From Pseudovirgaria hyperparasitica (Eukaryota): DNA of 64,000 nt. The translations under genes were made by a program, and so were the position numbers. Below the pieces are notes generated by a model. The model worked only from the letters and a program-made list of their open reading frames with translations. It was not told where the DNA came from and did not search any database. Shown one piece after another: positions 12,051 through 25,188 of this stretch (its first letter is position 1; each line of letters begins with the position of its first letter). The stretch lies in the NCBI GenBank assembly GCA_010093815.1, contig ML996567.1; one strand, 5' to 3'.

Positions 12051-15000
12051 TCAAGTTTCCACGTGTCCCTCTTGAGCGTCGTCGTCTGAACCCTCGCTGT
12101 CGACATCATTGTCGTCGTCGTCGTCGTCGTCATCGTTATTGTCCTCCTCCTCCTCCTCTTCCTCTTCCTCTTCCTCTTCCTCTTCCTCTTCTTCTTCTTC
12201 TTCTTCGGAGTTGTCATAGTTGTCATTGTCTTCGCTGTCATCTTCGCAATCCTCGCCATCCTCGCCATCCTCGCCATCCTCGCCATCCTCTTCGTTCAGT
12301 ATTTGTCGGAGGACATTCCGATCGAATAACTCGAGCACGAACCGACATACCCCGAGGTGGAAATGATGGCTTCCTAAAACTTGCATGACTTTCCGAAACA
12401 GTCGTGGGCTGTGGAATCCTACAGCCTTCTTTGCTTTGATGCTATACCATATTAGTGATCATATTCTGTATACAACTTGTTCGACAGACCTATGAAGATC
12501 GTTAGCAGCCTTCTTGGCAAGGACAGTATTGCCTAGATCCGTTGCTAATTTCAAGATCCGCGCGTTGGTTGGATCACTATCAGTCACAGATACTCTTGGC
12601 TCAAGTGCAGTTGTTCTTGCTCGAGACCTAGGTACTGTGGATGACCAGGATTGGACCTGCGTGGTGAATGAGCTATTGTAACTCATGAGAGCTATCCATG
12701 TAAATACTCACTGAGAATAGTTTCGTGAACTCCAAAGGGATACAATATCCGAGTGAATCGCCCATCTCGTTCACTGCCCCATCCCAACCGCACTCGAGCA
12801 GGATCTCTTGCCCGTGTAAGCTCCTTGAAATAAGGCCAAGGACGAAGAAAGCTGTGCCACGGAGTGATAGTACTAGCGACTTCTCCGCAATTTGAACAAT
12901 CCATTTTACGACATCTGACTTTTCGAGAAACGGAGCCCCAAGTGCCATAGACCCAACATTGCCGACAGCCCAGAGAGAGCCTTTGACCTTAATTATCGTT
13001 TCCGCATCTTCGTCTTCAAGGCCAAAGTCCTGTATTGTAGCTGTGAACTCATCAAAGTGACCTTTTTGTTCAAGAAGCTTGCACCCCTCTTTAGTACGTG
13101 TCAATTCGCGGTAGAAATGCGGAGGGACCAGACCGTAGTCTTGGGCCTCCAGGGTCTCCTCAAAACCTCCTTGTTGCTGCTGCGTTTTCTCGGGGACGTC
13201 GGCAAGTGCCCGTGCTAAGCTTGCTTCTATGAGAGCGACATATGTGTCGTTTCGTCCTAGAAACCAATCATCCATCTCTCTGCTTATATAATCAAGACCA
13301 TCCAAATAGTGGTAGCCAACGGAAGTGGAGAGGAATCGAAGTAAAAGAGGTGCACCAATTTCTCCAAGATGATCAAGAGCAGGTCTGCACTTCACCACAA
13401 ACTCCAGAGAATGCTTCTCGTTGCATGCCTCTTCCAATATCTTGATAGCAACCTCGCAGACCTCTATCTCGGGGTCGTAAAGCTGGGTGACAAGCAAACG
13501 AATGGCCCACTCCGCAGTGCCTGCTCCGGGAACATCAGGACTCTGAATCGGTTTGGTGGCATATCTTCGTAGTAGCCTTGTCGAGAATATCCGAGCATCC
13601 TTCGAGCAAGATGTCATAGCCTTCGAAACGATGATGCGTAGATGACCATCAAGATCATAGTCTAGATGACTCAAGAGGGTTTTGATCAGATCGTCACGCC
13701 GTCTGAGCTCTATGATATGATAGAACATGTTAATAATCTTCCACCGTTCAAGGATGTATAGGCCCTTAGGATCTTTGCTAAGCGCACCGAGCATAGCAAA
13801 ATATCCCCCAGTCAAAGTCTCACTGATGCGATCTACAGAGAAAATCGGTACGTCAGAAGTTATACCACTGAGTCGATCGAACTGTGACAAACATTCAGCA
13901 AGCTGCCGAATGAACTTGCTTTCCGCGAGATACTTGATCCCGTCAGGGTTTTGTAGTAATGTGCGGATCAGTGCACACCCAGCTCGAACGTATCTTTGAT
14001 TTGGTTTAGTATTCTTGATATCCGAGAAACGGTATTTGAACGGTCGATAGAATCCTAGCAAACGGTGCACAAACTTCGTACTTCGTAGGGCCTCGTCGAG
14101 ACGCTTCGGATTCAGTAATGCTCCATCAATGATGATCTGAATGAGAGGCCAATTCCACTTTGCATAATTTACAGTGTTCAAAACTTGCGTATCAAGCATC
14201 TGTGTACGGAATTGACCCTCATCGACCTGCGGGGCTATTTGAGGGGGTACCATTTCAGATTTCTTCTGCTCTTGCTCTGAATGAGTACCCGTCTTCGCAT
14301 GGAGTGAAGTTTGGTTCGAACGATACAAGGTTCTGCTAACGCTATCCACTTGATATATCGTTCCACTTGCAACAAAGCGTTCTTCGAAGCCGAGTTTTGC
14401 TGCTGTTCGGAGGAGTCCCGGAAGAACCTGCAAGTCGGCACCCCATGACTGCGGTAACATTTCGTGGGCCATTTTTAGTACTTCTCCAAGCAGAAGACTG
14501 GTTTTGCGCTTCATAGTCATATTAGTAGTATCTTCTTCGGCGAATAAGAGCGCCGGTATGAGACCTGAATGAATAAGTACAGATAGAACGAGCGACGTAA
14601 AGTGATCTACGAGGCTCCACTTCGTCGTTTCGTCTTCGGCGTCGATCTGGCTTTTGACCTTGTCGGTTTTCAAGTTCGTAACACGACCATAGGTTGTAAG
14701 TCGTCTCCCAGCCAAAAACGAGGAAGACCACGAGGGGGGCTTGATGCGCAGGATATCGAAAAATACCTCTAGAAGAACATTTCTGACGTGAGCTGTCGGA
14801 TTGTAAAGGGCAGCAACTAGGGATTTGATTGTGATAAAATCGTTCATGCAGAGCGTTAGCAGGCCGGGCCAACTCTTGAAGAGTGCAGCAATAACCTTGG
14901 CGTTCGCTCTCAGTCGCTCTTCGTGTCCATGGGCTTGTGAAGCGCTTGAGTCCGTGAAAGAGGCAAACGGACCACCCAGCTCGTAGCCGGATGTCAGAAA

Positions 15001-16230
15001 TCTGCGACGGTTCGGTACATCGAGGAGATATAGGAATGCCCCTGCAATGCTCTCAGCGGCGTAGTAGTTGCCCTCACCAAGAGCATCAGTCAACGCACCG
15101 ATTCCGCCCGCTGACACAAGAAGTGGGGGATCTCTGATAAGTATCTCAGCAAGTGTCATTGTGCAGATATTCCTCAATCGATCTTCACTGTGCTCGGCGA
15201 TCGCTACAATGATCCGGATTATGGATCTTGATATTTCCTGGACACCATCTTTCACATCAAGGAAAGCCCGTACAAATTTGAGTGCTTGCTCTCGTTCCAC
15301 ACTAGCTTTGCTCTCTTTGACCAGCGACAGGATAACCAGGTAGTCTGTGTGTAATGCCCGGATTGTTTGGAGGGAGCGGCGGTCTGTGATAGCATATCGT
15401 ATGAGTCGATATCCAGCCGCAGCTACTTCACGGCTGTCACTCAACAGCATTGTCTGCATGCGTAGACCAAATATGGACCATGCCAAATCATACTTGAGAG
15501 TCGGGTGTCGTTTAAATAGCTCCACAAGTGCATTCGCGTGTCCCACGTAGAATTCAGGTTGCATAGCGTCAGCTTCCAGTGCTTGAAGAATTTCAGATAG
15601 GACGAACGTAGGTGACTCGGTCTCCGGTTCGAATGTCTCTCCTTCGTCATCCGAGCCATCTTGCCGCGATGGCGATCGCCCGGGAGCGGTGCGGAAAAGT
15701 TGTGAAAGTCTCCCTGTGGTCTCTTTGGGTACGTCCCGTGAGCGTTGGATCTCTTCTTGTAGGTACAAATTCAATTGTTGGATCTTTCTATTAGATGAAT
15801 TCAATTCTGCTTCCACTCTTAGCTTCTGATCCCTAGATTGCTTCGCACTCTTGGAATTTAGTGCTTCTAGCAAATTCTCTGAACCAATTTTGATTTTCGT
15901 CTCCTTATCTATCTGGTCTCTTATCTCAGCTTGTCTTTGTTCTGAATTTGGGTTCCCATCTTCTTCAACACCCCCGAGATTTGAAAAGGAACCGAGCTCT
16001 GGACGAGGCGTCTCGCTCCGTGTGTAGGTAGATTTGAGGTCGGAACTGAAGCTCCCTGGCGGAGGCGCTGTGGTCGCATACGATTGGCCTCGACTCAATG
16101 CAGTAGCAGAAGAGTACGAACGACCATCTCGACCAATTCTTGTAGGCGCAAGTAAGGTATTGCCGTTTCCTTCATCACTCTGCCCTGAGACGGAGCGGCC
16201 AGGTAACGGCGGCCGAGGCGGAGGTGTCAT
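12051..16230 (-). CDS. TSC11: TORC2 subunit Rictor (Avo3/Tsc11; S. pombe Ste20), 3 exons
   Basis: HR1-like N-terminus (ETKIKIGSENLL), EREQALKFVRAF, LVTQLYDP, LWAVGNVGS, SLRGTAFFVLGLIS. Introns near 12711-12657 and 12489-12443 add ...KVMQVLGSHHFHLGVCRFVLELF and an acidic tail. Confidence 0.93.
12075..12296 (-). repeat. Coding simple repeats: (GAGGATGGC)n, (GAR)n, (GAC)n encoding a poly-Glu/poly-Asp tail
   Basis: The plus strand shows tcgtcgtcg, cctcttcctctt and (cctcgccat)4 tracts in the last Rictor exon. Confidence 0.9.
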
Positions 16231-16983
16231 GGGTATCTTGTGGTAGATCTTCTAGCCACATAATTTTCCTAAGTACCGAATCCTCAAGTTGTGTTATGAA
16301 TCCATCTCATTGTTGTCATTGTAGGTGAAAATGGCTTGATGGTTGCGAGGACGGTTCGCAGTGGTATGCGCACTTCAAGTCGCGTATAAGACGACGGTCC
16401 TCAACAAGGTTATGGACGAGGGCGCGATTAGAGTTCCAGTTGCGGACTAGAGATCTTCGACGCAGTGTACGATAACGGTCGGATTGAGGTAGTGAGGTTG
16501 GAGGGTCGTGTTGTGAAGGTGGATAGTAGTGGGGATATTGTTCTATCTAGGTAAGGTTCCCTAGCGGAAGCAAGACAGAAATTAGATAGGGTTGTGCCTC
16601 TCCGAATCAGGACATGAATGCGTCAGATGTGAGTTGGGAATCCTTCTATCCAATATACAATTTAGTAGGTATTCGATATTATTATATTCACATAGATGCA
16701 GTTCACAAGTAATATAAATCGTGTAACGCAGCATGTCGCCGCCCGATACATCCACTCTATCCTTGTATTATGCTAGCATAACCATGCTAGTGCTTCCCAG
16801 GACTACGCTGTGAAGTTAGGCTAAACCCATATAAGAACCATTGTGCGTGCGCTGAGCTCAAGACAAAGGTGGTAAGTCGTCTCAAGACAAACAACAATAA
16901 CGCAGGGTGGCCTCCAGTATGAAAGGCCTGTGAGAATCGATGCGAAAGCACACCCCTAGATGTCAAAGCCTTGTAGCTTTAGG

Positions 16984-17195
16984 TCGGCCGAACCCGACTA
17001 CTGTCCACGGTGAGGAAGATCCAGCGCTTAGTCAAGGTGCCCGGAGGCCGCCGAACAGCTACTTGTTGAACGACTCGCCATAAGTGTTCCTGGGTCTGGC
17101 CATTTCGCGGTGGACCACTGTCGACGCGTTTGCGAGGACTTCATAGTGAACAGCGTGCGGAGGCGGCCGCCGAGAGTTGCAGATCCCGATAAGAT
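16984..17195 (+). promoter_or_regulatory. UaY/Ppr1-type Zn2Cys6 sites (CGG-N6-CCG x3) and a GATA site upstream of uricase
   Basis: TCGG-CCGAAC-CCGA at 16984-16997, CGG-N6-CCGA at 17042-17054, CGG-N6-CCG at 17158-17169, GATAAG at 17188-17193. A TATA-like tract lies at ~17208-17221. Confidence 0.7.
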
Positions 17196-17321
17196 TTCTG
17201 CTTGAGCATAAAGGTATATATGGTCATAGGGTTTGCTATACTATAGCTTTCTGCCGCAGCCTGATACTCACTCTACTCTTCGAAGCCTATCGCTCAAATC
17301 TGTTTGCATATCACCATCAAA

Positions 17322-18329
17322 ATGTCTGAACTTAGCTACGCTCGCTACGGTAAAGACAATGTACGACTGTATAAAGTTCACCGCCATGAAGATGGATCAC
17401 AATCAGTCGTTGAGATGACAGTGAGGATATTACTCGAAGGCGACATTGAAACTTCGTAAGCTAGCTCAAAATCCATGATTGCCATCACTAATGACCATGC
17501 ATAGCTACACTGAAGCCGATAATTCCGTCGTCGTCGCGACAGATACCCAGAAACAGACCATCTACATCCTCGCCAAACAGAACCCAGTTACGCCTCCAGA
17601 GCTATTTGCATCGATTTTGGGCAATCACTTTATCGATACCTATTCGCACATCCACGCTGCACATGTCAATATCATCCAGCACAAATGGACACGAATGACG
17701 GTTGACGGGAGGCCACACCCTCACTCGTTTTTCCGCGACGGACAGGAAAAGCGACTCGTAGAAGCTATCACCAGGAGGGGCCAGGGAACGTCTATTCGAT
17801 CGGGCATCAGCGAGCTTCTGGTACTCAAGAGTACAGGGTCTGCCTTCTACGGGTTTCATCGCGATGAATATACTCGTCTTCCTGAAGTTTGGGATCGCAT
17901 TCTGAGTACAGAAGTCGAGTGCGGCTGGCATTGGAAGAACCTATCATCTATAGCTGAGGTAAGGTCTGTAGTTCCTCAGTTCGACCAAGCGTGGGAGAAA
18001 TCTCGCAACATTATCTTAGAAACGTTTGCGAAGGACGAGAGCGCCAGTGTGCAGAATACCATGTACAAGATGAGCGACCAGATTCTAGCTGCTGTTTCCC
18101 TAGTCGACAAGGTTGACTTCGCACTTCCAAACAAACACTATTTCGAAGTTGGTGAGTTTATTGAGGTTCGATTTTTCTGCCCTAGAATTGCTGCTGATAT
18201 GTCCCAGATTTGAGCTGGCATAAGGGGATCAAGAACACGGGTAGGGATGCGGAAGTGTATGCTCCTCAGACTGATCCAAATGGGTTGATACAGTGCACTG
18301 TATCAAGAAAATCGAAGGCAAAATTATGA
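17322..18329 (+). CDS. uaZ: Urate oxidase (uricase), peroxisomal, 3 exons
   Basis: YARYGKDNVR, SYTEADNSVVVATDTQKQTIY, VLKSTGSAF, ESASVQNTMY, LPNKHYF. C-terminal PTS1 -AKL*. Confidence 0.96.
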
Positions 18330-18530
18330 GACCAGCATCATGTAGCTGTGGTTATCATGATACAGGCGTTTAGGAGATCATATACCGATTATGAGAATCT
18401 TTAGCCTCGCCAAGGCGGGCAATATGCATTTCTATAGCTGATGTACAAGCTCTTAATATTATACATCATACGAACGATCCGTCCCAAAATTTATGATGCG
18501 TTATCAAGTGATAAAGAAAACGGTCACTTC

Positions 18531-19186
18531 CTACGATGAAGTCCCCTGACTCTTTCCGGCTTTTGCTGCTTGTGCCTCCACTGCTAGTTCCGCTATTATC
18601 GACGTTGGTCGCAATGTAGGTTCTCCGGCGGGCCGCGCACCAGGGTGACCGAGCCTCAAGATATTCTTCTTGTAGGGGTGAGCGTTGCCTTCAAATGCTA
18701 CAATTGGTCAGTACGACCCATGCAGCACACCTTATACCTCTCGTACCTTTTAATCGTGCTAGACGGGGTTTCCGTAGTCTGTTCTTTGGCAGCATGCCGC
18801 TCACAGCCTTGATCAGCACCTCTGAGCCACCCCATTTCTTGAACAGCCCATCCATGCTTATTGACTTCAGGCTTCCTGGCCTCGTGTTATGTGTGTAGTA
18901 CATCTTCTTTTCTCTTTTCTTGCCGGTTGTGTGTAGGTCGTGGCATCCTACAGCTACCACATAGTCTCCGCAGTCTGTAGAAGGATCATAAATCGGTTTG
19001 TGCTTGCCCATCAAGACAAGGGCAATTTGTGTTGCAATACGACCAAGCGGCCGTGTATCAGTCCCAACATCGATTACGTGCCATGCGCGGTTGTATGCCA
19101 GACGTGTCTTGAACATTGTTAGAACGCAATTATAAACTGATTACTGAGTGATGCAGTCCAGGTACCTTGCCAATAGTTTGGGACAT
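18531..19186 (-). CDS. MRPL23: Mitochondrial ribosomal protein uL13m, 3 exons
   Basis: MSQTIGK|TRLAYNRAWHVID...LGRIATQIALVLMGKHKPIYDPSTDCGDYVV...AVSGMLPKNRLR...|AFEGNAHPY. Confidence 0.93.
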
Positions 19187-19540
19187 TCCGGCCTGTCCTA
19201 CCGGCCGTGATGGATTAATAGATCAGAGAATTTGTAAATCGTATATGTTTTATGGAAATACAATGCAGTACTGGGCATGGGTCAGTTGTGGATGTTGCGT
19301 TTTGTTCCACTGACGTTGCTCTCGTTGCGCGCAAGATCGCGGGAAAACGCTCAGTGATCCTAGACGCCAAGACATCACATGACCAGGTTCCAAGTTATTA
19401 GCTACCTCCAGTAACGCCCGGTAGATAGTCGATTGTAAAGCCTTGGTCGTAGAACGGCATTTATTTGACAACCTAGAGTTAGACGTACGTCTTCGATGAA
19501 AGGTGACTCAAAATTACTACACTCATGGTCTATAATTGAG

Positions 19541-20538
19541 ATGATGTTTCCACCATTCCAGGTACGATAGCCAAATCTTGAGACGAAGCGTTTATTCCAC
19601 CATGCTACCTTCCGCCAAATCTTACATTGTCACATATGAGCCCTTTTTACCTTTTTCGCAAAGGCAGTAGTAGTGGCAAAAGCTTATGATTCTTAGACAA
19701 CGTTTGCGGTCCCTCTTTCGTGTGAAGACTGCATCGAAGATATTTCTTGGGCGCTTCACAAGTTGGATGGTACTTTTTTCAATTTCAGGTCGTATTCGAT
19801 CAAGTGGGCTCATAGTGATAGGCATTCTGAAAGTCAACGCAGATTTGGGGAACCAATTGGTGACAATTGAAGGCACAACGGCTCCGTCGGCAATTGTTGC
19901 TGCAATACAAGCAACGGGCCGAGATGCTATTCTACGAGGCAGCGGGACTTCCGACAGTAAGTTGTACCATAACCAAAGATTTTTCGCTTTTGGACCTCCT
20001 GGAAGCGGATGATTCTGACGTGTCATACGTAGGCGCATCTGTATGCATTCTAGAATCTCATGCTCCTAATATGGAGAACAAAGTAAAAGGTCTGGTACGA
20101 ATGGTTCAGGTTGCTCCAAACCTTACTATTATCGATCTGAGCATAAGAGGTGTATCACCAGGCAACTACCACGCCACAGTGCGCGAGAATGGCGATATAT
20201 CGCAAGGTCCAGAGTCCACGGGCGGAGTCTGGGAAACAGTCAGCGCCGGCCAGGAAGACAGGCCTTGTAGAGGTGTCTTGGGACCAGTCGAAGTAGGTCA
20301 AAGTGGCCTTGGAACCGTGTTCCTCGACAAGCCAATTCAAATATGGGAGCTGATCGGCCGAAGCATTGTCGTGTCTCAACAGCGAGAAGGCAAGTTTGAC
20401 AAAAATGATCGAGATACCATTGTTGGTGTCATTGCTCGAAGCGCTGGCTTATGGGACAACGACAAGATGGTATGTTCGTGCTCTGGTAAGACTGTCTGGG
20501 AAGAAAGAAAAGAGCAGTCGGAACGTGGCATGCTCTGA
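19541..20538 (+). CDS. CCS1: Copper chaperone for superoxide dismutase, 4 exons
   Basis: HMA-like domain (TTFAVPLSCEDC...VTIEGTTAPSAIVAAIQATGRDAILRGSG), SOD-like domain, and C-terminal GVIARSAGLWDNDKMVCSCSGKTVWEER. Confidence 0.93.
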
Positions 20539-21848
20539 AAATAGGACTAGGTCGCGCTTTTGGTGGCGTAGAAGATCACACCTGGTTTGACACTCAGACC
20601 TCTCGAGTCTCTACGCGGCTCCTGGTGAGCAGTGTCAGGTGGTAGTGCGCCAGGGATGATCTGTCAGAACTTTAGAAGCATAATGCTTCATGCGGTCTGC
20701 CCAGATATCAGTCAAAGCTATACGTTAAGTAGGTCTTATGATTTTTGACCTTCGTCTCAACACATGGGGCTAGGCTGGTGTGGCGGTGGACGTATAAGAT
20801 TGCCCTGTTACAAACCTCAAACAAGTCCTGTTACCAACTTTGAGCCTCACCAAACATGGTCGATCGACGGTCCGTCGTCCCTGGCGTGGTCATTCATCTC
20901 AGAATTATGGGCAGCTTCGACGATATTGTGGCATCACGATACCAAAGAAAGCCATAGGACTTAGCTGCTTGTCGAGATTGGGCAAGGTTGAGTCCAGACC
21001 TTCAGGCGTACAAGGCGAGGCTAAATATGGCAGCAAAGAATCCATTGTTAACAAATGGCAATAGCCGCTGTGCATGTAGGCGCCCTTGGAATGCTCGGCG
21101 CGGCTCGAAGGCGGTCCAATGGCTTGTAGTCGTCGGTAGAGCGCCCAATCGACCCCAATATCCCAGACAGACTGAGACACAACCGGAGACAAGTGGAACG
21201 CCAGGAGTAACGTAACGATTCTTCTGCCATTATACGCACGAGCTTGGCTAATCATTACATGGAGACATAACGCCGCATGAGTTACAGACCCAGCAGCTGC
21301 GCTGTTGTCTTTCCTTTGATTACGTTGCACTTCACAAAGCTTCTCCTGTTATCCTCCATTTACTCCTGCTGATCCGCCTGCTGAGCGTGCGCGCGATCAA
21401 TTTGCACGCCAATTCTACTGTCCTTAACGTCCCAACTGTAACCCAATTCTTATGTTATTGTACAATTTTTGGATTCCCGTTCATATATTACAGAAAGGAT
21501 CTAGAGAGCGCCGCATCGCAACAAGAGCAGGGAATACAGCCGTGCCCCGCAGACACTAAGAAAGCCCAGGCGGCTAGGGAGGGACTTCTTAGCAAATCAC
21601 CACGAATCACGCTCAGCCGAGCACGCATCAATCTTCGCCTTTACAGCGTCAATTCCAGACCGCGAACGTGGTAGCGCTGGGATATATTCGTCCGCGCATC
21701 CAGCCTCCCAGTGCTCGGGAATCGGCTTCTCGTGCGGATCTGGGGCATACTTGCGTCGACTTGCGACAGCGACACACAACGTCCTTGTATATACCTACTT
21801 CTAGCATCTACAGAGGCGCTCGAGCGGGAACACTGCACGCTTATTACC

Positions 21849-23658
21849 ATGTCCCTTAAACAAGTGGGTCGATTGCAATCGTGTGCGAGCACTGAGCTCG
21901 CGCTGACCTATATCTAGGAAATCGAGACATGGGTAGCTGCTCTCGGGCATTATGACAATAACGAGTTCGACGAATCCCTCAAGTCTTTCGACAGCATTGC
22001 AGATACCTCCAAGATTCTCTTCAACTGCGGTGTAATACATGCAACGCTCGGTGAGCATGAGAAAGCGGTAAGCATTACTATGGATGAAGGGTGCAGTGTG
22101 AAGAAGTTCTAACTATGGATTAGGTCGATTGTTACCAGCGCGCCGTCCGGCTGGATCAGTATCTGGCTGTTGCATACTTCCAGCAGGGAGTTTCGAACTT
22201 CTTGATGGGCGACTTCGAGGAGGCGCTGGCGAACTTTAATGACACTCTTCTCTATCTTCGGGGAAACAACAACATCGACTACGAACAGTTGGGCCTAAAA
22301 TTCAAGTTATATTCGTGTGAGGTTTTGTTTAATCGCGGCCTGTGCTACATATATCTGCAACAGAAAGACGCGGGTATGCAGGATCTGTCTTTCGCTGCAA
22401 AGGAGAAGGTCGTACCAGATCACGACGTGATTGACGAGGCGATCAGAGAAGAAGCTGAGGTTCGTTAACCCTTCGGGTAATCTGCCTGGTGATCTGACAG
22501 ACATAGGGTTACACAGTGTTCTCCATACCAGTTGGTATTGTATACCGCCCTAACCAGGCGAAAGTCAAGAATCTAAAGACCAAGGACTATCTGGGCAAAG
22601 CACGTCTAGTTGCCGCGTCTGACCGCGCAAATGCATTCACGGGCTTCGCTGGAACGGAAATGAAGAGAATACAAGAAGGTCTAGTGGCCTCTGCGAAAGA
22701 CGATCGACCAGAAGATAAGCTTTCCTTCGCTGCAACCAACCTTGTCAAGCCGGGGCTGGCATCACGAAGTCGGCAACAATCAGAACCTCCGATCTCTCGA
22801 AATATGTTCCCACCTACACCTCCCCCAGAGACTGAAACTCGCCCTGTCGAAAAGTACGCTACTGGCCAAATGACACGGGCACAGTCAGTCCGTGGAGGTG
22901 GACCGAAGCCTCAACCGCTAGAACTTGGACGTGCTGCCTTCGAACTAAAGCCCACGCGAACAGGAACTCAAAGATCGGCGTCGGAACGCCCTCGCACCGA
23001 TAGGGACAGGGCAATGTCAAGGGAACGCGAACGCGAACGGGGGTCATCAAGGTCACGAGACGAACGGGCAGATCGTTCAGATCGTTCACGACGGTATCAG
23101 TCCGACGAAGACTCTCTCGAGGAGGACGTGTATGATATGTACCAACCTCGTCGGTCCAACCAATCCACTTACTCGAGAAATTCAAAGTCAAGACGACCTA
23201 TGTATATTGAGGAAGAGGATGAAGACGATCTCGACGACGACATAGACGGAGCACAATTCGAGATGGTTTCCCGGCAAAAGTCCAGACGTGAAGCTCCTAC
23301 TCGCTCGGGGACCACCAGGAGAGGAGGGACTGATGTCTCGAAAATCCGAGTGAAAGTTCACGCTGAAGATACCCGCTATGTTTTGATAGACCCCAATCCC
23401 GCCTTCGCCGTTTTTGCAGATCAGATCAGAACGAAATTCGGCATCCGTAAGAACTTCAAGATCAAGATCAAGGACGAAGATGATATGATCACTATGGCTG
23501 ATCAAGACGATTTGGACATGGCTACTATGACCGCACTTGCATCTGCAAAACGTGAGAAGGCTGACATGGCAAAGATGGAGGTGAGTGTTCATGCCTAATT
23601 ACATACCGCTCTGACCCAATGCTAATTAACAAATCAGGTGTGGATTCAAGAAGTTTGA
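21849..23658 (+). CDS. noxR: NADPH oxidase regulator NoxR (p67phox-like; TPR, activation domain, PB1), 5 exons
   Basis: MSLKQ|EIETWVAALGHYDNNEF...LDQYLAVAYFQQGVSNF...IDYEQLGLKFKLYSCEVLFNRGL...KNLKTKDYLGKARL, then PB1 KIRVKVHAEDTRY...|VWIQEV*. Confidence 0.95.
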
Positions 23659-24215
23659 TCTAGGCAGCGGTTCTGGTTATACCCCGACTTATGGCGTCGA
23701 TGAATCTCCTTCGTGGTTACTCTGAGCGAGCATACTCACGAAGAAATGGCGTTTATTTACAGGCATAGTCTTTGATCTAATATTATATCATATAGGTTTG
23801 CCGAGGGTCATCGGCTGCGTAGATATTGTACTGCTTAGCGGTCTTGCTATTTACAGAGCTGAGTTGAATAGCCTAGTATTGAACACTTCTACGTTCGACT
23901 GTGACTGTCAAAGCGCGGCTTATTCCAGACCTCATTCTGATTTCCTTCTCTCAGTGGCCAAACGTCAATGTGGAAGTCGCGTTTTGTCAAAGCAGTGCAC
24001 GTGTGGACGGAGCAACGTATCCGTAGAACCGTCTTGTAGCATGTGTATTGATTGATCAATTCCCAGACGCCGAAAAGTGATGGCTTGTTTTACAGAGACC
24101 CGGCACAGGTCATGTCTCCTCCATAATATTACAATAGGGAATGCGCATCCCAAGAGTGCGCATCGCACCCTTCAAGTTCCTATGCATCGTTCTTTCCTAG
24201 CAGATTTGTTTTCGT

Positions 24216-24451
24216 TTACGCAGGGATCAGTATCTCGCTCCAACTACTGTGTAAAAAAGCAACGCCGGCCTGCTAGCAGGTTAGCATAAGATACATGCAT
24301 CAAAATGCCAGAAGAGCTGAGCTCGGACGATACTTACAGCGAAAAGTCCAACGGCCGTGACGATGGAGCGGTTGTCAGGAGATGTGATTGCTTGGTATGT
24401 GCTAGAGGCATATCCTGGAGCTGGACGGGCTACGTTGCGCTTGGGGGCCAT
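24216..24451 (-). CDS. TOM6: Mitochondrial TOM complex subunit Tom6 (about 56 aa, 2 exons)
   Basis: Not in the ORF track. MAPKRNVARPAPGYASSTYQAITSPDNRSIVTAVGLFA, GTAAGT intron with CTAAC branch, then AGVAFLHSSWSEILIPA*. Matches the filamentous-fungal Tom6 pattern (Y..lTS.eN.SvV....F...VAFL.SSW.E.L). Confidence 0.85.
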
Positions 24452-25188
24452 CGTGGAATCGGGTTTTCAGCGGTGAATGATTTGAAGATGTTCAGGTTGG
24501 TTGATGTAAATTGTGTATTCAGGTTGAAGTGTAGACTGGTAGAAGTTTGACATGCTACTGACTGGAGCTCTAGTTTGCGGCACAACTTCGGGTCCTTTTC
24601 GATCGCAAAAGACCAGCTTAGGATGATATATAATTGGTGTCACTTTTTGGGCTCCTTATTTCTCATTCTGTCAAGACCGCGACGCTATAAGATGTCAATA
24701 GATCTGAGGGAGTCTTCGGCTCGGTATATCTGTCCACGTTATAGATATCTTAGGAGGAAGTGAAGGGCTCCTAGGGGCCAATGGTTCAATATCTGAATAG
24801 CAGGTCTATGTAGTAGACAGGTCTCTGTTCGTGTCGCCCAGCAAGTTGTACGGTTGGTTGTCATACGATTGCTACGATATTTATGATTTCGCCAGCTCTG
24901 AGGCTTCGTACTAGCCGTCGAACAGAACCCTCTCGTGAGCAAAGGTCATCAACTTGAGATTCTTTAGCACCAGATAGATATGGATATTCCTATGGACATG
25001 GGAAGTTTTCCATATGGACCATATAGTCCTTAACCGTTTCATAATATTCCACCTTTTGACCACGATACCACCCATGCGCCATGCACAGTACCTTGCGGGT
25101 GCTCTTTACGTGTGACCCAAAACTCCAAGCGCCTCCAAATGTTATACTTCTAACTTTAAAGCAGTATTCAGAAATACTTGTTTCACTA

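Noticed and set aside
11912..12388. ORFs with poly-Arg/Lys, poly-Pro and poly-Thr runs
   Set aside because: Alternative readings of the Rictor acidic-tail repeats.
24740..24970. Possible box C/D snoRNA between TOM6 and RPB10 (TGATGA on the minus strand)
   Set aside because: No convincing box D, terminal stem or rRNA guide found by eye.
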